Shown here: in pieces, positions 59,002-64,000 of the stretch
Position numbering within the stretch: position 1 is the stretch's first letter
Layout of the letters: each line of letters opens with the position of its first letter
Assembly: GCA_020631995.1 (NCBI GenBank)
Contig: JACKGJ010000001.1
Location: 12,751-76,750, forward strand
Length of the DNA: 64,000 nucleotides
Direction: 5' to 3'
DNA from: Candidatus Nomurabacteria bacterium
GTDB taxonomy: Bacteria; Patescibacteriota; Minisyncoccia; Phycocordibacterales; UBA918
The notes under the pieces: generated by a model
What the model saw: the letters and a program-made list of their open reading frames with translations, nothing else
Told to the model about the DNA's origin: nothing
Databases searched by the model: none
Made by a program: the position numbers and the translations under genes

Positions 59002-59985
59002 CTAAGCAGTCTTCGGACGTAAACGATGCTTTTTAAACTGTGCCGGACGGAAGAAACGGTTTTTAATACGAGCGTAATACTTCTTGAAAGGTTCAGGAAG
59101 CCTGTCGAATAACTGACAGTATTTGGAACAGTATCCAGCCTTACTCTCTACACAACCGTCACATCCAATAAACAAAACGTGGCAGACCTGATTTTTGCAA
59201 TGGTAGTGAGTATCACTCTTTTCTTTTGAACAAAGATGACAGTGAGAAATGATATCTTCTCCGATTCTCTCACCTAGACGTTCATCAAATACGAAGTTCT
59301 TACCACGGAAGCGATTAGGAAGCCCTTCATTGTCCACCTGGTGCTTGTAGTCGATAATTCCGCCCTTAAGGTGGCGTACATCCTTAAAACCGTTATGACG
59401 TAGCCAAGCACTCGCTTTTTCGCAACGAATGCCACCAGTGCAATACAATGCAATTTTTTTATCTTTTTTGTCGGCCAGCAAAGCTGGGACTGTTTTTAGT
59501 TCTTCACGGAAAGTATCAACATCAGGTGTGACTGCTTTTTCAAAATGCCCAATCTCACTTTCGTAGGCATTACGCATATCCACCACAATGGCGTCTTCGT
59601 CATCAATGTAGTTATTGAACTCACGGGCGGTTAAATACTCACCAGTAGAAGTAACATCAAATGAAGCGTCGTCCAAACCGTCAGCTACAATCTTACTCTT
59701 AACTTTCACTATGAGCTTTTTAAAAGCCGGACCATCTCCAAACTCCACCGCGAATTTGTATGGCACGTCACCAAGTTCAGGCTTTGATTTTATAAATTCA
59801 TCAAAACGATTAAACGCTTTAGTCGGAACCGACATCTGCGCATTAATACCTTCCTCCGCTACATAAATTCGGCCCACAGCACCAATAGAACGCCAAAAAT
59901 CCCACAGTTCCTTACGGAACGAAATCGGGTCGGCAATCTTTACATATTTATAAAACGATAAAGTTTTGTACATTGGCACCATCAT
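59002..59985 (-). CDS. trhO: Rhodanese-domain tRNA U34 hydroxylase TrhO (UPF0176/YceA) with Cys-rich C-terminal extension
   Basis: N-terminal FYKYVKIADP...GRIYVAEEGINAQ. Rhodanese Cys loop (LYCTGGIRCEKA). C-terminal HCHLC...HYHC...CDGC...C. Confidence 0.75.
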   Translation of the reverse strand: MMVPMYKTLSFYKYVKIADPISFRKELWDFWRSIGAVGRIYVAEEGINAQMSVPTKAFNRFDEFIKSKPELGDVPYKFAVEFGDGPAFKKLIVKVKSKIVADGLDDASFDVTSTGEYLTAREFNNYIDDEDAIVVDMRNAYESEIGHFEKAVTPDVDTFREELKTVPALLADKKDKKIALYCTGGIRCEKASAWLRHNGFKDVRHLKGGIIDYKHQVDNEGLPNRFRGKNFVFDERLGERIGEDIISHCHLCSKEKSDTHYHCKNQVCHVLFIGCDGCVESKAGYCSKYCQLFDRLPEPFKKYYARIKNRFFRPAQFKKHRLRPKTA

Positions 59986-60040
59986 ACAACGAAAATCAGC
60001 TAAATCAACCTTATTCCTAGCCCTATTTTAGCCTTATTTT

Positions 60041-60069
60041 ACTTGACTTTTCTCCAAAATAGTGCTATC
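60041..60069 (+). promoter_or_regulatory. Putative sigma70-like promoter with ~140-nt structured leader
   Basis: TTGACT, 17 nt spacer, TATCAT. Leader carries nested hairpins (ggaagtc-tgac-ttcc inside gaactgc...gcagttg). Confidence 0.3.
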
Positions 60070-60207
60070 ATTGTGACTAGGACGGTAACGAACTGCGCTT
60101 TTCTGAATGGAAGTCTGACTTCCCTTCTATAAAATGCAGTTGCGTTGCCACACAACAACCGAGGCTCCGCTTCGCGCGAGCTCTTTGACACCATAAGGAA
60201 CATCACA

Positions 60208-61500
60208 ATGGACTACTATTATTCTGTCTTTCTCACTACACTGAACAATCCTGTCTTTCTCGTTCTTGCCGGCATCACTGTCGGAACACTGTGGTTGGGG
60301 TTGGTGCTGGCAATCATAATGTTTGCCTTGCCCTTTATTCCTTCCGCAGTGGAAATGCTGGCTAACGATCCTAATCGCTGGACCAGCAATCCACATCCCG
60401 ACAAAAGAGACTATCCAGTCTCAAACTTCGGATTCTTCACAAAAGTCCTCCCTGGTCAAGTCAAAGTTATTGAACGTGGCGGACGATTTATCCGATGCGT
60501 AATGCGCTTCGATGAACATATGTTCCGTGGGGAAGAAGCAAATTCAACTATCCTACGAAACAGCGCCAAGTATTGGGAGGTCATCAAGACCAAGAAAGGT
60601 AACCAGTATACTGATTCACATCCTGTGCCCCTCAAGCCAAAATGGAAGGACGGGTGGATAACCTATCCGCTCCGACTCATTTTCTGGAAATGGGTCAACC
60701 TGGTCTACTTCAAGACTGGATACTTGTTTACCGGCCTCTACCCTTGGCAATATGTTCGAGTCTATCCCATCGACTACTTCCGGGAAATTGACAACGAAGA
60801 CGGTCAGACCGATTTGCAGAAAGTTGGGTCATTCTCGGATCATTTCCGAGTTGCTGACTTTCAGTTTCCAATAAAGGTCGGTGAAGCTGATACCAAAGAC
60901 AAAATTCCGGTAAGGGTATTGGTTAACGCCATTGCCCAAGTCGAAAATCCTTATCTGGCCGCATATCAAGTTGATAATTGGGCTGGACGTCTTGCAGCGG
61001 CAATCAACGACGCCGTGGTTAGCTTCACTCGTCCAAGAATGCTCGACGACGTCTTGTCAGCTGCCAACCCAGAGGAAGTTCGGATGTTGTCTGACTCTAT
61101 CCTGAGTATTGGCAAAAAGAAAAGTATGCGTAACAGCATTTTGCCGTTTGGTCTCAGTCTCCGTCAGGTGCTGATTCCAGATATCTCCCCCACAAATAAG
61201 TCTGACCGTGAGAAACTTGGTGATTTGGCTATCGCCCGTGTTGATCGTCAGGCTAAAGAAGAGCGGGCAATAGGAGATGCTGCTCAACTTCGAGAGCAAA
61301 TCGAGGTTGTTACAAAAGGTGGTGACGTCGGCCTATCAGTCCTTGCTACTGAACGCGATGTTCGTGCAGCAAAATCTGCTGGCGACAAAGCCATCGTAAT
61401 ACTGGGCAGAGGTGACTCAGACCCACTACAAACTGCGTTACTGAAGGAAGTCCGTGACATACGTAACAACAAACCCAAGAAAGGGGATGATAGCGAATGA
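60208..61500 (+). CDS. SPFH/band-7 (stomatin/flotillin-like) membrane protein with large insertion (tentative)
   Basis: TM helix, then VLPGQVKVIERGGRFIR ... VRVLVNAIAQVENPYLAAYQV ... GLSLRQVLIPDISP, then coiled-coil tail. ATG at 60208. Confidence 0.45.
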   Translation: MDYYYSVFLTTLNNPVFLVLAGITVGTLWLGLVLAIIMFALPFIPSAVEMLANDPNRWTSNPHPDKRDYPVSNFGFFTKVLPGQVKVIERGGRFIRCVMRFDEHMFRGEEANSTILRNSAKYWEVIKTKKGNQYTDSHPVPLKPKWKDGWITYPLRLIFWKWVNLVYFKTGYLFTGLYPWQYVRVYPIDYFREIDNEDGQTDLQKVGSFSDHFRVADFQFPIKVGEADTKDKIPVRVLVNAIAQVENPYLAAYQVDNWAGRLAAAINDAVVSFTRPRMLDDVLSAANPEEVRMLSDSILSIGKKKSMRNSILPFGLSLRQVLIPDISPTNKSDREKLGDLAIARVDRQAKEERAIGDAAQLREQIEVVTKGGDVGLSVLATERDVRAAKSAGDKAIVILGRGDSDPLQTALLKEVRDIRNNKPKKGDDSE

Positions 61501-62273
61501 GTGCTTTTTGGATAGCCATCATAGCTACGATAGCGATTCCAATCGCTATTGTGCTCGGTGCGATGTCAATTATCGCTAAAATGAAAACGGTTCGCGGCAA
61601 CATCAACGTTGCCGTGACACCATCTGGGTCATGGTTGAATCGCCACCCAATCCTGACCACAATCATAATCGTGACCGTAGTCGTCATCTCCGGCTCCATT
61701 CTGATTACCTACGGACAAGTAATGTGGGAGTGGGCGACTTCCGTATGGTGGGTCTTGCCTGCCATTGCATTCGGAGTTGTGGCCTTTTACGCCTGGAAAA
61801 AACACGGTACAGGGAAAGGCAGTCTGGTTTTTATCTACGCCGTGGGCTTTGCACTATTCTTTACAGTAGTAACCTTGGCCCTACTGGGACCAGAAGGTAC
61901 TGTAAAGGCCTTCGAAAAGATGCGTACAGAGGCGAATGCAGTCGTCGAAAAAGGCATCAGCTTCACCGGCGAGTCGGGCACCACACAACCGACTGAAGCA
62001 AGCTCTACGCCTGTCGAAGTCTACGATGTCTTGGTCCCCGGCAGAGGATGTTCAGAGCCAGCTCCGAACACAAATCCTCAGTACTGGATCAACCCGTTCC
62101 CAAAGGACGCTCGAACGGGGTGGCCAAATCTCACTCTGGTCATCACCCCAAAGACCGGGAACGATTGGGTGCCGTACGAGGACTCAATGAAGGCGTACTC
62201 ATTCATCCGCTGGTGCAACAACACTGGGCGGAAGACGTGGATGACTGTTGAGGTCTACAAAGGTAGACTTTGA
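61497..62273 (+). CDS. Four-TM membrane protein with C-terminal soluble domain (NfeD-like partner?)
   Basis: ATGA start/stop overlap with the upstream gene. Four TM helices plus a ~110-aa C-terminal domain. Confidence 0.35.
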   Translation: MSAFWIAIIATIAIPIAIVLGAMSIIAKMKTVRGNINVAVTPSGSWLNRHPILTTIIIVTVVVISGSILITYGQVMWEWATSVWWVLPAIAFGVVAFYAWKKHGTGKGSLVFIYAVGFALFFTVVTLALLGPEGTVKAFEKMRTEANAVVEKGISFTGESGTTQPTEASSTPVEVYDVLVPGRGCSEPAPNTNPQYWINPFPKDARTGWPNLTLVITPKTGNDWVPYEDSMKAYSFIRWCNNTGRKTWMTVEVYKGRL

Positions 62274-62313
62274 TCTGTTCCTTACCAGGGGCGTTCGCGC
62301 CCCTGGTAAATAA

Positions 62314-62349
62314 CCGCTTTGTATCGAGAGATACGAGCGGTTTTTCTTT
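62314..62349. terminator. Bidirectional intrinsic terminator
   Basis: ccgct-ttgtatc-gaga-gatacga-gcgg followed by TTTTTCTTT. A second hairpin lies at 62284-62307 (accaggggcg-ttcg-cgcccctggt). Confidence 0.7.
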
Positions 62350-62362
62350 ACCTCATATTCTC

Positions 62363-62641
62363 TTAGTTAGGTACTTCAATACCGAAAGTCCCAGTGGCAA
62401 CAGTCAAAATTGCGTAAGCGGATACCATCACCACCATTCCCACTATCCCCCAAAGAATATGTTGACGTCCACGAGTACGTTCACTTTCATTGGCAGCATT
62501 GGTAATAAAAATAAAAGAGCCGTAGAGAAACACTAATAGAGCTATAGCCATCATTAAAGTAATGAGTGGGTAGATAATGACTTCATTTAGTTTAGCCAAG
62601 AAACCTTGGGCAACATCGGCGGCAGCAGCGTGAGCAATCAT
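62363..62641 (-). CDS. TrbC/VirB2-like pilin-like small membrane protein (paralog 1)
   Basis: 92 aa, two hydrophobic helices separated by a short polar loop. Confidence 0.55.
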   Translation of the reverse strand: MIAHAAAADVAQGFLAKLNEVIIYPLITLMMAIALLVFLYGSFIFITNAANESERTRGRQHILWGIVGMVVMVSAYAILTVATGTFGIEVPN

Positions 62642-62704
62642 AGTTTAAATTGAGAGACTAAAGTGTGACCGCGAAAAATCGCGATCACTATCAGTGTCCC
62701 AAGA

Positions 62705-63076
62705 CTAGCGAGTCGGGGTGTTCGGAATATTCTGGATTTGTTCTCCACTAAAACCAAGTCCGTTAGCTAGAAGGTTTACAATACCCCAAATAGATACCAT
62801 CAATACGAAACCAACAATGGCATAAATCATTAGGTCTTTCCCTTGTTTCTTTCCATCGTCTGTATGTGCATTCAAGATGAAGAAACGGAACATTCCCCAG
62901 ATGAACACCAAGAGTGCAACACCGAATACCAAAGGTACCAGTGTGTTGTTAATGAAAGTAGTGATACGACCGACAAAGGTGTTGATTTGGCCGAATTCTT
63001 GTGCCAGCGCTACCATAGGTAAAAAAGGTAACATTGACGCGCCTGCTTTAGCTAGAGTCTTTTTGATATTTTTCAT
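62705..63076 (-). CDS. TrbC/VirB2-like pilin-like small membrane protein (paralog 2)
   Basis: Signal peptide ...ALAQEF followed by two TM helices, 123 aa. Confidence 0.55.
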   Translation of the reverse strand: MKNIKKTLAKAGASMLPFLPMVALAQEFGQINTFVGRITTFINNTLVPLVFGVALLVFIWGMFRFFILNAHTDDGKKQGKDLMIYAIVGFVLMVSIWGIVNLLANGLGFSGEQIQNIPNTPTR

Positions 63077-63157
63077 ACTTATTTTTAATTGAATTTAGTT
63101 CTTAACAAATTATAGCCCGAAAAGTCTGACTATTACACCCTGTTGTGGATATAAATC

Positions 63158-63409
63158 CTAGACCCCAAACAGAGACTCCCTGAGAATTCGGATAATTGCC
63201 CAAAGAGAAGACATCACTACAAGCACCAAAACTCCCCAAAGGGCATATTTTTTACCCTCATCGATTTTGGTCTGGTCTCCAGGATTTAGAACCCACGTAT
63301 CGACAATGCGCCACACAATGACGAGCAAAGCCAAAGAAAAAATCAAAGGCACAATTAAAGATATGATTGATAGAAACACATCTACTAACTCTGCAAAATT
63401 TCTTGGCAT
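63158..63409 (-). CDS. TrbC/VirB2-like pilin-like small membrane protein (paralog 3)
   Basis: 83 aa, same architecture. Confidence 0.5.
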   Translation of the reverse strand: MPRNFAELVDVFLSIISLIVPLIFSLALLVIVWRIVDTWVLNPGDQTKIDEGKKYALWGVLVLVVMSSLWAIIRILRESLFGV

Positions 63410-63430
63410 ATCCTAATTAAAATTTATGAA

Positions 63431-63826
63431 TTATCTGAAAGCGTCGACGGTGCCCGAAATAACTGCCAGTATAATGTTGGCCCCCAAGATGATTACTCCA
63501 CCAATAACAGCGTAGAGTAGTGCCCGACTGGCGTTACTCACCTGAGTTTCTTTCCCTCGAGCTGTGACATAGAGAAAGCCAGCGTAAATAATCATAAAGA
63601 CAATAAGTGGTACGGCGAAGACCATTATTACGTCCAGGAGTTCTTGAAGAAATTCCATCAAGTCGTTACTTCGAAGTGGGTTCTCCAAGCTACTACTCGG
63701 CGCTACTCCTTGACCTACCTGCCCTGTTCCTTGGCCTGCCTGTCCAGTTCCTTGACCAGCTTGAGCAAGTACTAAAAGTGGTGTGACCAAGAAGCCAAAA
63801 AATATTCCTTTTGCTAAACTTTTCAT
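63431..63826 (-). CDS. TrbC/VirB2-like pilin-like small membrane protein (paralog 4) with AGQGTGQ repeats
   Basis: Signal peptide, AGQGTGQAGQGTGQVGQG repeat, two TM helices. Confidence 0.55.
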   Translation of the reverse strand: MKSLAKGIFFGFLVTPLLVLAQAGQGTGQAGQGTGQVGQGVAPSSSLENPLRSNDLMEFLQELLDVIMVFAVPLIVFMIIYAGFLYVTARGKETQVSNASRALLYAVIGGVIILGANIILAVISGTVDAFR

Positions 63827-64000
63827 ACTTAGAAAGCTAACTCTAATCTTCTAATAGTATCACTAGCGGCGGTTCCAGCTTGTTGACGACCAGATGTTAC
63901 TCCCTCCACCATCTGACCAAAAATCCCATCACTCTCTTCCTTATTAGGATCTAGCCAACCACGAGCTATTAAGGCTTGGTTGAATACTGTACCTAATACA

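Noticed and set aside
1-64000. CRISPR arrays, rRNA genes, transposases or integrases
   Set aside because: No regularly spaced direct repeats with unique spacers were seen. No rRNA-like conserved blocks. No DDE or tyrosine-recombinase motifs in any ORF. The HNH genes are the only mobile-type proteins.

Overview
This 64-kb window reads like a chromosomal segment from a small-genome, Patescibacteria/CPR-like bacterium. That assignment is an inference from gene content, with no database search behind it. It is densely packed with housekeeping genes recognisable by motif: groES-groEL, secG, RNase J, glmS, dnaX, serS, dprA-topA, a short Rel/SpoT, parB, miaA, clpB, a NifS-like cysteine desulfurase, a short infB plus rbfA, a tRNA-dihydrouridine synthase, trhO, ftsQ, htpX, and lemA next to a DUF2207 membrane protein. 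Nine tRNA genes sit in two clusters plus a lone tRNA-Gln. Accessory content is interspersed: three glycoside hydrolases (GH1, GH3 and a GH-A clan enzyme); a twin ATP-grasp ligase locus; an AT-rich island next to tRNA-Gln carrying an HNH nuclease; an HNH homing-endonuclease-like gene inside a tRNA cluster; a GcrA-family regulator upstream of topA; an SPFH plus NfeD-like membrane pair; a TrbC/VirB2-like pilin-like protein fused to a LAS/M15-like peptidase domain; and at least four tandem pilin-like paralogs at the window end, typical of CPR genomes. Several ORF-free, hairpin-dense GC-rich segments and a small hairpin repeat family next to tRNA genes are not explained by the protein calls. I found no CRISPR array, rRNA or transposase. 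All product calls rest on motifs visible in the supplied translations and on established family knowledge; no searches were run.
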